Shown: positions 18,010 through 25,100, numbered from the stretch's first letter. The stretch: 64,000 nt of DNA from a virus (IMGVR_UViG_3300046318_000188:32001-96000); one strand, 5' to 3'. Numbers and translations: made by a program. The notes: generated by a model from the sequence alone, not told the origin.

Positions 18010-18084
18010 GGTTCGTTCATATAACGGTAATTATGCTGGACTGTCTATCCGGATACAGGAGTTCGATTCTCCTACGAACCGCCA
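18010..18084 (+). tRNA. tRNA-Asp(GTC)
   Basis: CTGGA-CTGTCTA-TCCGG, GCCA. Confidence 0.9.
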
Positions 18085-18092
18085 AGTTTTAT

Positions 18093-18170
18093 TGTCCGAG
18101 AGCAAGCAAGGTGTAGGCGCCTGACTGTTAATCAGGAATGAGTGAGGTTCGATTCCTCATCGGACAGCCA
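18093..18170 (+). tRNA. tRNA-Asn(GTT)
   Basis: CCTGA-CTGTTAA-TCAGG. Confidence 0.9.
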
Positions 18171-18179
18171 AGTTTCAAT

Positions 18180-18261
18180 GGTGTGGATGCTCTAATGGTA
18201 GGGCAGCGGGCTGTAAACCCGTGGCTTCGGCAAGTAGGTTCGATCCCTACCCACATCACCA
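18180..18261 (+). tRNA. tRNA-Tyr(GTA)
   Basis: GCGGG-CTGTAAA-CCCGT, variable arm. Confidence 0.9.
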
Positions 18262-18269
18262 AGTTTTAT

Positions 18270-18347
18270 CTCAGTATAGGCTAGCCTGGTCAAGTCACTC
18301 CGTTTGGGGCGGAGAGTGCGTAAGTTCGAATCTTACTACTGAGACCA
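18270..18347 (+). tRNA. tRNA-Pro(TGG)
   Basis: CTCCG-TTTGGGG-CGGAG. Confidence 0.9.
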
Positions 18348-18488
18348 TATTGTAGTTGTAACGATATTACTACGTTGCTAGAAGCGTAGTCTGACGGCTG
18401 GTTAAGGATACACGGTGTCCACGGAATAAGGGAACCAGAATTTCGAGTGCTGACAGGTAAGCTGTCATCTTTTTAAAGGAGAAGTAAA

Positions 18489-18671
18489 ATGAAACCAAGA
18501 AATATATTTGCCGTGTTGGCAAGTAAACGGAAGGCGGGCCCGCACCGCAAAAGCAATAAAGCTTTACGCAAGAAAGAAAAACAATCGGGGTATAATTCAA
18601 CGGCTAGAATATCCGGCTTTTACCCGGACTATCAGAGTTCGAATCTCTGTGCCTCGACCAGTTTATCTTAA
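18489..18671 (+). CDS. Small basic protein whose ORF runs into tRNA-Lys
   Basis: Strong AAAGGAG RBS; MKPRNIFAVLASKRKAGPHRKSNKALRKKEKQ, no stop before the tRNA. Confidence 0.6.
   Translation: MKPRNIFAVLASKRKAGPHRKSNKALRKKEKQSGYNSTARISGFYPDYQSSNLCASTSLS
18586..18660 (+). tRNA. tRNA-Lys(TTT)
   Basis: TCCGG-CTTTTAC-CCGGA. Confidence 0.9.
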
Positions 18672-18760
18672 AACATACTAACGCCAAAAACTGGCGGTCT
18701 AGCGTCAACTAGGCGAAACTGTATTTGACGATGCAGAGGATTAGTATGTTTCAAAATAAA
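18662..18760 (+). ncRNA. Stem-bounded RNA element 5 (possible pseudoknot)
   Basis: TTTATCTTAAAACATACTAA ... TTAGTATGTTTCAAAATAAA; loop CGTCAA complementary to downstream TTGACG. Confidence 0.55.
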
Positions 18761-18766
18761 TTGTAA

Positions 18767-18841
18767 GCTCTCAAAACATAAATGGTGATGTGCTGGTTTT
18801 GTAATCCAGATAACTTGGTTCGATTCCGAGTGAGAGCACCA
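18767..18841 (+). tRNA. tRNA-Thr(TGT)
   Basis: Loop TTTGTAA, GCTCTCA/TGAGAGC acceptor. Confidence 0.88.
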
Positions 18842-18846
18842 AATTT

Positions 18847-18918
18847 GGGCTGTGTGCAGGGGCACAAGGATGCTTTGCAAGCAACCTCTGGTCGGTTCGA
18901 TACCGACACGGTCCACCA
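18847..18918 (+). tRNA. tRNA-Ala(TGC), atypical short D arm
   Basis: Loop TTTGCAA; G3-U70 Ala identity pair. Confidence 0.75.
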
Positions 18919-18923
18919 AACAT

Positions 18924-18998
18924 GGTAGTGTAGCATAATGGTCGTGCGCCTCCTTCATACGGAGAAAAGTATAAGTTCGAATCTTATCACTACCACCA
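18924..18998 (+). tRNA. tRNA with CAT anticodon (probably elongator Met)
   Basis: CTCC-TTCATAC-GGAG. Confidence 0.82.
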
Positions 18999-19095
18999 GT
19001 TTGTTAAGTTAAGTGCAGTAACATGGGTTGAGTGATCCTCTCAGCCGATTAACAACGGAGTTGGCCGTACCGTCTGCATACGAGCCCCAAATTAT

Positions 19096-19172
19096 GGGTC
19101 ATTAACATCAAATGGAAGATGCCTGTCTTACGAAGTCAGAAGTTGGGAGTTCGAATCTCTCATGACCCTCCA
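19096..19172 (+). tRNA. tRNA-Arg(ACG)
   Basis: Loop TTACGAA. Confidence 0.85.
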
Positions 19173-19179
19173 GTTTTAC

Positions 19180-19253
19180 ACCTAGGTAGCTCAATGGTAG
19201 AGCAATCGGCTGATAACCGATAGACAGAAGTTCAATTCTTCTTCTAGGTACCA
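19180..19253 (+). tRNA. tRNA-Ile(GAT)
   Basis: ATCGG-CTGATAA-CCGAT. Confidence 0.92.
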
Positions 19254-19371
19254 GAGCAGACCCACAGGATCCGCAAGGCTGTCAAACTCTTAACCTGTTA
19301 AAATAAACAAGAGTGAGTTCCGCCAGTAACTTTCACAAGGAGATGAGTTGAATAAACTCACTGGCAACTAT

Positions 19372-19446
19372 TTCTCGGTGGTGTTAACGGTAGCACACTG
19401 GTCTCCAAAACCATAAGTTGCGGTTCGAATCCGTACCGGGAAGCCA
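19372..19446 (+). tRNA. tRNA-Trp(CCA)
   Basis: Loop CTCCAAA. Confidence 0.9.
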
Positions 19447-19466
19447 TAATAATAAAAGGAGTTAGC

Positions 19467-19943
19467 ATGAAAAAGTTAGATATAGTAGAAGTCAAAAGAT
19501 TCATTGAAGCACAATCTGAAGATACTAAAATCTATCTTGGTGCTGACTCTGAAAGATTTGAAATCAAAGGTGAATGGTATGCTGACTACACATTAGCAGT
19601 AGTTGTTCATATTGATGGATGTCATGGTTGTAAAATCTTTGGTGAAGTTATTCGTGAAAGAGATTATGACCAAAAGAAAAATAAACCTGCTTTAAGATTG
19701 ATGAATGAAGTTTACAAAGTTTCAGATTTATTTCAATCTCTTGCGGATGTATTAGAAGATAGGTACGTTGAGGTACATTTAGATATTAACCCAAATGAAT
19801 TATATGGTTCATCTTGTGTAGTTCAACAAGCGATTGGTTATATCAAAGGTACTTGTAATGTTATACCTATGGTTAAACCAAAAGCTTTTGCTGCTTCATA
19901 TGCGGCAGATAGATTAAAGTTTGTTTTAGCTGAAGCAGCTTAA
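19467..19943 (+). CDS. RNase H-like protein, YkuK/DUF458 family
   Basis: 'IYLGADS', 'RLMNEV', 'EVHLDIN', 'KPKAFAASYAAD'. Confidence 0.75.
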   Translation: MKKLDIVEVKRFIEAQSEDTKIYLGADSERFEIKGEWYADYTLAVVVHIDGCHGCKIFGEVIRERDYDQKKNKPALRLMNEVYKVSDLFQSLADVLEDRYVEVHLDINPNELYGSSCVVQQAIGYIKGTCNVIPMVKPKAFAASYAADRLKFVLAEAA

Positions 19944-19947
19944 CTAT

Positions 19948-20021
19948 GTGGCTCCTAGTGTAATGGTTGCACACTTGTCTGTGAAACAAGTAGAGAGGGT
20001 TCGATTCCCCGGTTCCACCCA
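19948..20021 (+). tRNA. tRNA-His(GTG)
   Basis: CTTGT-CTGTGAA-ACAAG; G-1:C73. Confidence 0.85.
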
Positions 20022-20030
20022 AAGGATATT

Positions 20031-20249
20031 ATGTATAGAGTAAAATGGATTAAAGATGTTTATGATAATGATGTAAAAGAATTTCATACTTTAGATGAAG
20101 CAATGAATTATGCAAAACAATTAGATATAACTGTTGAGATTAAAACTCCAGATTATACTGTTGTTGGTAAATTTGGAGTTGATTCAGTAGAAAATCTAAT
20201 TCTGCCGAATGGTGCAGAGTATGGATATGTAAAACGTAGATACAAGTAA
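20031..20249 (+). CDS. Hypothetical protein
   Basis: AAGGA RBS, 72 aa between tRNAs. Confidence 0.65.
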   Translation: MYRVKWIKDVYDNDVKEFHTLDEAMNYAKQLDITVEIKTPDYTVVGKFGVDSVENLILPNGAEYGYVKRRYK

Positions 20250-20252
20250 TAT

Positions 20253-20326
20253 GCCTCGGTAGTTTAATAGTAGAACACCGCTCTTACAAAGCGAAGACGG
20301 CGGAGCGTTACCGCAACGAGGTACCA
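20253..20326 (+). tRNA. tRNA-Val(TAC), non-canonical T loop
   Basis: Loop CTTACAA; T loop AGCGTTA. Confidence 0.78.
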
Positions 20327-20328
20327 AT

Positions 20329-20404
20329 GCAACTTTAGCTGATGTGGTCATAGCGGTGGTCTGAAGAGCCATTGAACCAAGTTCGATCCTTGGAGGTTGC
20401 ACCA
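20329..20404 (+). tRNA. tRNA-Phe(GAA)
   Basis: GTGGT-CTGAAGA-GCCAT. Confidence 0.88.
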
Positions 20405-20409
20405 GTTTT

Positions 20410-20483
20410 GCTCTTATAGTATAATGGCATTACACATCCTTGGTAAGGATGAAACACAAGTTCAATTCTTGTTAAGAGCACCA
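20410..20483 (+). tRNA. tRNA-Thr(GGT)
   Basis: CATCC-TTGGTAA-GGATG. Confidence 0.9.
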
Positions 20484-20485
20484 AT

Positions 20486-20562
20486 GCCCTTGTAGCGCAA
20501 TTGGTAGAGGCAATGGTCTTAGAAGCCATCAAGTGTCAGTTCGAATCTGACCAAGGGTACCA
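20486..20562 (+). tRNA. tRNA-Leu(TAG), short variable arm
   Basis: ATGGT-CTTAGAA-GCCAT. Confidence 0.88.
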
Positions 20563-20563
20563 A

Positions 20564-20640
20564 GCGGTTGTGATGGAAATGGTATACGTACCGGACTTAA
20601 AATTCGGGTTTTGTGGGTTCAAGTCCCACCTTCCGCACCA
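20564..20640 (+). tRNA. tRNA-Leu(TAA), short variable arm
   Basis: CCGGA-CTTAAAA-TTCGG. Confidence 0.85.
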
Positions 20641-20642
20641 AA

Positions 20643-20698
20643 TAACTTTACAATGATGTTGCTTTAACTTTACAATAGTGTTATAATAACTTTACAAT
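20643..20698 (+). repeat. Three 12-bp direct repeats at 22-bp period overlapping a promoter
   Basis: TAACTTTACAAT at 20643, 20665, 20687; TTGCTT(20659)-N17-TATAAT(20682) with extended -10 TG. Confidence 0.75.
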
Positions 20699-20701
20699 AA
20701 A

Positions 20702-20776
20702 CTGGCTATAGTATAATGGAGAATACAGAAGGCTTCTACCCTTTTAATGTGGGTTCGATTCCTGCTAGCCAGACCA
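20702..20776 (+). tRNA. tRNA-Arg(TCT)
   Basis: GAAGG-CTTCTAC-CCTTT. Confidence 0.9.
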
Positions 20777-20781
20777 AATTT

Positions 20782-20856
20782 GGGCCGTTAGCATATCGGT
20801 AGATGCCGGCGACTCATAATCGTCAGAAGAAAGTTCGACTCTTTCACGGCCCACCA
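20782..20856 (+). tRNA. tRNA-Ile2(CAT, lysidine type) probable
   Basis: GGCGA-CTCATAA-TCGTC anticodon arm like E. coli ileX. Confidence 0.75.
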
Positions 20857-20873
20857 AGTTTACCATAATGTTG

Positions 20874-20902
20874 TTGACAAAGTTGTATAAGTATAGTATA
20901 GT
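20874..20902 (+). promoter_or_regulatory. sigma70-type promoter inside tRNA array
   Basis: TTGACA-N17-TATAGT. Confidence 0.65.
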
Positions 20903-20921
20903 TACTACTTGAACGAAATAT

Positions 20922-20988
20922 GCGGTGTGTGATAGCACGATTCGAGATACCCTCTTGAATTATCTGAGCAAAGCAGACCACCGCTCCA
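20922..20988 (+). ncRNA. Degenerate tRNA-Gly-like RNA (ACC in loop)
   Basis: GCGGTG/CACCGC-TCCA acceptor with Gly identity; tiny D arm; T loop AGCAAAG. Confidence 0.55.
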
Positions 20989-20995
20989 AATTTAT

Positions 20996-21069
20996 GCGGG
21001 TATGATGTAAAGGTAACCTGAGTCCTTGCCAAGGACTATTTGAGAGTTCGATTCTCTCTGCCCGCTCCA
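20996..21069 (+). tRNA. tRNA-Gly(GCC)
   Basis: AGTCC-TTGCCAA-GGACT. Confidence 0.9.
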
Positions 21070-21084
21070 CTAAAAGGAATTGTT

Positions 21085-21288
21085 ATGGCTGCTGTAAAAT
21101 CTAAAAAGAAGAATCCAATGTTAACCAAGAATGGTAAACAGCGATTAGGTCCTTTGAACATTGAACAATTGTCTAAAATGTTAGATGGTGCTCGCAAGAA
21201 ACATATTCCTAAAATCAAGAAAGCCATTGCAAAGCGATTACAAACGCAACAGTTTGGCAAAGATGCAGAGCCAGTAGTTTCAGAATAA
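21085..21288 (+). CDS. Small basic hypothetical protein
   Basis: AAGGA RBS; MAAVKSKKKNPMLTKNGKQRLGPLN... Confidence 0.65.
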   Translation: MAAVKSKKKNPMLTKNGKQRLGPLNIEQLSKMLDGARKKHIPKIKKAIAKRLQTQQFGKDAEPVVSE

Positions 21289-21294
21289 AAATTT

Positions 21295-21368
21295 GCGGGA
21301 TTAGTTTAATGGTAAAACTAGAGGTTTCCAACCTTTCGTTGTCAGTTCGATTCTGTCATCCCGCTCCA
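21295..21368 (+). tRNA. tRNA-Gly(TCC)
   Basis: AGAGG-TTTCCAA-CCTTT. Confidence 0.9.
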
Positions 21369-21374
21369 GTTTGT

Positions 21375-21450
21375 TGGCATATAGCTCAGTTGGTAGAGCA
21401 CCGGACTGTTAATCCGTAGGTCCTTGGTTCGAGCCCAAGTTTGCCAGCCA
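21375..21450 (+). tRNA. tRNA-Asn(GTT), second copy
   Basis: Canonical D and T arms, loop CTGTTAA. Confidence 0.92.
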
Positions 21451-21495
21451 TATATAAGTGTTGTAATATGTTTATTTTATTAAGAAGGAATTGAA

Positions 21496-22272
21496 ATGAA
21501 AAAATCACTATTAGCAGTAATGTTGGTTGCATCAGGTGTAGTGTCAGCTGCAGAAGTATTTGATGGTAATCTTACAGGCAATATGACTTTAGCAAGTAAC
21601 TACGAATTTCGTGGTATTAGTTTAAGTCAAAATGGTCCTGCAATTCAAGGTGGTATCGACTACGCACATAGTTCAGGTATTTACATCGGTAACTGGAATT
21701 CCAGTATGCGTGGTGTTCCAAACATGAACAATGATGACATCGATAGTAATAGTGGTACACAATCAAATCTATATGCTGGTTGGCGTAAAGATGTTTACAA
21801 AGGCATTATTGTTGACTTAGGTACTATTAGTTACCTTTATCCTACCGCAACAGCCGGTGGTTCAAAAACAAATTACAGCACAAACGAAGTATATGCCGGT
21901 TTAGGTTATGGTCCTGTTTCTGTCAAGTTCAGCCAAACAACCTCAAATTACTTTGGTGTTAACAACAGTTCTGGCACACAATACTACCAAGCTGACATCA
22001 AACAAAGTTTAGGTGCTCTTGCATCACAACTCAAACCATTAAGTGTTGTTGCACATTATGGTCATACATCAATGGCTGGTAACGGCAACAGTAATTTGAA
22101 TTACAATGACATGAACATTGGTTTAGTATATTCATTCCCAGAGCAATGGGACTTAGGTGTTCGTTACTACACCAATTCATCTATGACAAGCACATTCCAA
22201 CAATATAATAGTTGGAATGGTACCAAGTTTTATGGTGATTCTGTTGTAGCAACATTGACAAAAACGTTTTAA
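21496..22272 (+). CDS. TorF-like (TIGR02001/Gcw_chp) outer-membrane beta-barrel
   Basis: Signal peptide; 'LASNYEFRGISLSQNGPAIQGGIDY.HSSG.Y.G.W.S'; terminal Phe. Confidence 0.8.
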   Translation: MKKSLLAVMLVASGVVSAAEVFDGNLTGNMTLASNYEFRGISLSQNGPAIQGGIDYAHSSGIYIGNWNSSMRGVPNMNNDDIDSNSGTQSNLYAGWRKDVYKGIIVDLGTISYLYPTATAGGSKTNYSTNEVYAGLGYGPVSVKFSQTTSNYFGVNNSSGTQYYQADIKQSLGALASQLKPLSVVAHYGHTSMAGNGNSNLNYNDMNIGLVYSFPEQWDLGVRYYTNSSMTSTFQQYNSWNGTKFYGDSVVATLTKTF

Positions 22273-22300
22273 GTATTAAACTGCTGGAGAAATCTCAGCA

Positions 22301-22507
22301 ATCATCATTGAGAATGTGAGCGTAAGAGTAAGCAATCCCAACTGTTAGGGAAATCACTATCCTTGAGGTATCCATCCGAGATCCGGAGATGACTGCTGGC
22401 TGAAGCAGTATGAAAGGTGTAATCAGGGAGAGGTCAGTACATAGGACGGGTTAAAGACCGCACCGGTGAGAACCTCTTAAACACAAAACAGTATTCTCAA
22501 TAATGAT
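22301..22507 (+). ncRNA. Large stem-bounded structured RNA (element 6)
   Basis: ATCATCATTGAGAATGT ... GTATTCTCAATAATGAT closing stem; GC-richer interior with several hairpins. Confidence 0.55.
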
Positions 22508-23543
22508 TAAGAAAATTAAAATCGCAATACTTGTACCATCATATAAAGAAGAAAAGGTAATTGATAAAACAATAGTTTCATTATTAAAAGCAGGATTCTT
22601 AAAAGAAGATATCTACATTGTTGATGATTGTTCTAAGGATGAAACGAGCAATATTGCTTTGAGTTATAATGTTAATGTTTTAACGCTTACAAAAAATTCA
22701 GGCAAAGCTGGAGCAACAAAATCTGGATTTGACCATTTCAATCTTATCAAAAGATATGATTGGGTTACGCTTGTTGACGGCGATTCAATTTTATCCAAAG
22801 ATTTCATTTCTGTATTAAAAACAGCAATTAAAAAAGATTCGAGTCCAGGTTTGTATGTTGGCCAAGTAGTCAGCATTAAAAACAATTCTATCTTTTCAAC
22901 TTATCGAGCATATGAATACACATATGGCCACGAAATTGTTAAGAAGGGACAAGATAACTTTGGCACAATCTTTGTAAGTCCTGGTTGTTGTAGTGTATAT
23001 CGTACCAATGTTTTAAAACAATTAGATATTTCAAGTGATACATTGGCTGAGGATATGGATTTAACCATACAGACACACCGATTAGGTTATCGTGTTCGAT
23101 ATTTACATGACCTTATTGCTTATACACAAGACCCAAATAATCTCAAAGATTTCTATAAACAGATTACTCGTTGGTACAGAGGATTCTGGCAGATTATGAA
23201 GAAGCATAAAGTGCTTTCTTTAACACAATGGAGTAAAGTAGATATATACTTAAAAATTATAACGATTGATGCAGTCATTTTTAATAGAATTTTCATGACT
23301 GTATTCGTTTTAGCGTTATTTGATTTAAAAGTATTGTTAATAGGCATGAGTATGGATTACTTACTCCTAGCAGCAATATCAATATACGCAGCAATTTTAG
23401 CCAAAAACTGGCGTATATTTTTTTATAGTCCAATATTTTATTTTATTGGATTGATGAATTCAACAGCATATTTGAAAGCATTTGTTGAGGTATTCATATT
23501 TGGTAAAATTGTATTAAGTTGGAATAAAGTTAAAAGATATTAA
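22503..23543 (+). CDS. Processive GT2 glycosyltransferase (PgaC/IcaA/cellulose synthase-like)
   Basis: DDCS, GKAGA, VDGD, AED, Q..RW motifs; C-terminal TM helices. Confidence 0.85.
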   Translation: MIKKIKIAILVPSYKEEKVIDKTIVSLLKAGFLKEDIYIVDDCSKDETSNIALSYNVNVLTLTKNSGKAGATKSGFDHFNLIKRYDWVTLVDGDSILSKDFISVLKTAIKKDSSPGLYVGQVVSIKNNSIFSTYRAYEYTYGHEIVKKGQDNFGTIFVSPGCCSVYRTNVLKQLDISSDTLAEDMDLTIQTHRLGYRVRYLHDLIAYTQDPNNLKDFYKQITRWYRGFWQIMKKHKVLSLTQWSKVDIYLKIITIDAVIFNRIFMTVFVLALFDLKVLLIGMSMDYLLLAAISIYAAILAKNWRIFFYSPIFYFIGLMNSTAYLKAFVEVFIFGKIVLSWNKVKRY

Positions 23544-23551
23544 CCAGTAAG

Positions 23552-23559
23552 TATAAATA
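23552..23559 (+). promoter_or_regulatory. T4-type late promoter
   Basis: TATAAATA. Confidence 0.6.
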
Positions 23560-23593
23560 CTTATATAACGTGTAAATTAATTATAGGAATAGT

Positions 23594-24130
23594 ATGAAAA
23601 AGATTATTTTAGCAGCATTAATAGGATTCGTAACAACGGCATACGCTGCGGATGAGATTCCTACAAAGGATTCAAAGTATACTCCTTCACCGGTTACTCA
23701 GGCAGAAGGCATGAATAGTTGGTTTAATGAGGCGAGTGCTGGTAGTGGCCCCATTGCAATGCCAGGATATTCTTGGGGATTTGCAGGAACACCAAGCACT
23801 TTTACAGCAGGAGCACCAAACAATGCTGTTGGATATTCTGCCAAAATTGAACAAGGTGTAGATTGGTTCGCTTTTGATGAAGATAAAAAGTGGAGATTCA
23901 ACACTTTTGTTAATGCTGTTATCAGCAAAGACACCAGTAATTATGCTTATACTTATGGTAACTTGTTTACTCCAGGTGTAGGTGCAAAGATTCGTAATGT
24001 ATATGATAGTGGCCTAATTGAAATTGGTGCACAATATGTAAAACAAAATAACTTAACTACATCATCAGCTAGTGGACAAGGCGTACAAGCCTTTGTTAGC
24101 TATTGGTTCGGTTGGGACTTAAAGAAATAA
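23594..24130 (+). CDS. Secreted, probable outer-membrane beta-barrel protein
   Basis: Signal peptide; alternating aromatic strands ending 'AFVSYWFGWDLKK'. Confidence 0.6.
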   Translation: MKKIILAALIGFVTTAYAADEIPTKDSKYTPSPVTQAEGMNSWFNEASAGSGPIAMPGYSWGFAGTPSTFTAGAPNNAVGYSAKIEQGVDWFAFDEDKKWRFNTFVNAVISKDTSNYAYTYGNLFTPGVGAKIRNVYDSGLIEIGAQYVKQNNLTTSSASGQGVQAFVSYWFGWDLKK

Positions 24131-24143
24131 TAGGAAAAATAAT

Positions 24144-24329
24144 ATGTCAGGTCCAGTCGCAAGCAATTCCTTGTTGTTCAATTTAGGTATGCGTTATCCA
24201 GTAGTTACTGCTGCAATTGCTACAGTTGCAACCGTAGCTACACTTAATGCACCATTAGAAATAGCACAAATTACACCACAACCAGCACCTACGGAGCTTC
24301 CAGTTTTACTTAAAACTATTGCAGGATAA
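24144..24329 (+). CDS. Small membrane protein
   Basis: AGGA RBS; hydrophobic Ala/Thr/Val stretch. Confidence 0.5.
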   Translation: MSGPVASNSLLFNLGMRYPVVTAAIATVATVATLNAPLEIAQITPQPAPTELPVLLKTIAG

Positions 24330-24338
24330 TTATTGATT

Positions 24339-24692
24339 ATGTTATTTGATGTGATTGTGAATGTGACTACTGCAATGATTTGTTTTACAGGACAATGTTA
24401 TCCTGTCCTTGTTGGAGATAATACTCCACTAGGTGAATATCAATTAACACCTTATCGTACTCCGATACCGGCTTATGGTGGTACTGTTTTAGCATTTAAA
24501 GAAACAGATAAGGTAGTATATGCTATTCATAGAACAATTGATGTTAAGGGACAAAATAGAGCCGTTAGGATTAAATCTCCTGATGTAAAACAAAGATTAC
24601 ATATCACCAATGGCTGTATTAATGTTGAACCTGAAGTATATCAAAAATTAATGAATTGTTGTTCTAAAAGTAAAGTGCAACTGATTAAATAA
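24339..24692 (+). CDS. L,D-transpeptidase-like (YkuD) protein
   Basis: 'TPLGEY', 'AIH...ITNGCINV' catalytic pattern. Confidence 0.6.
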   Translation: MLFDVIVNVTTAMICFTGQCYPVLVGDNTPLGEYQLTPYRTPIPAYGGTVLAFKETDKVVYAIHRTIDVKGQNRAVRIKSPDVKQRLHITNGCINVEPEVYQKLMNCCSKSKVQLIK

Positions 24693-24696
24693 TATT

Positions 24697-25089
24697 ATGA
24701 AAAATTTGTTGAGTATTCTTTTTATTATTTGTATGCCAGTATACGGCCAAACTTCTGGTATTGTAATTCACAATATTATGAGGTCACAGATTGCTCCAAA
24801 TGCCGGAGCACTATTCAATCTACAAGTTAAAGCTCCAGTAACTGAAGATGATTGGATTCAATTAAATAAAAATGTATCTGCATTACATAACGCAGCACAT
24901 TCTTTAAAAAAACTCAATACAAATACAGAATGGCAACAACGAGTAGATGCAATTGATATATTGTCCGAAATGTCAATCGAACAGGTTAAAGATAGAAATG
25001 TTCGAGGTCTATCGAACACAGGGAATGCACTATATAATTTATGTGAATCTTGTCATTATCAATTCTTTCCTAAAGGTAAGAATCTTTAG
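24697..25089 (+). CDS. Cytochrome c'-like protein
   Basis: Signal peptide, helical, C-terminal CESCH haem motif. Confidence 0.7.
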   Translation: MKNLLSILFIICMPVYGQTSGIVIHNIMRSQIAPNAGALFNLQVKAPVTEDDWIQLNKNVSALHNAAHSLKKLNTNTEWQQRVDAIDILSEMSIEQVKDRNVRGLSNTGNALYNLCESCHYQFFPKGKNL

Positions 25090-25100
25090 TATATAACAAT

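Noticed and set aside
16841-20640. Suppressor tRNAs or stop-codon recoding from anticodons TGA, TAG, TAA
   Set aside because: These are ordinary Ser and Leu anticodons; no CTA/TTA/TCA anticodon was seen and core genes are intact in the standard code.
16750-21260. Minus-strand ORFs across the tRNA array (e.g. 16750-16935, 18668-18958, 20196-20532)
   Set aside because: Antisense shadows of tRNA genes, with no RBS or protein-like features.
17755-22507. tmRNA or RNase P RNA identity for the structured RNAs
   Set aside because: No tmRNA GGGG..TTCGA tRNA-like ends or tag ORF and no RNase P GAGGAAAGTCC motif; the elements are too short.
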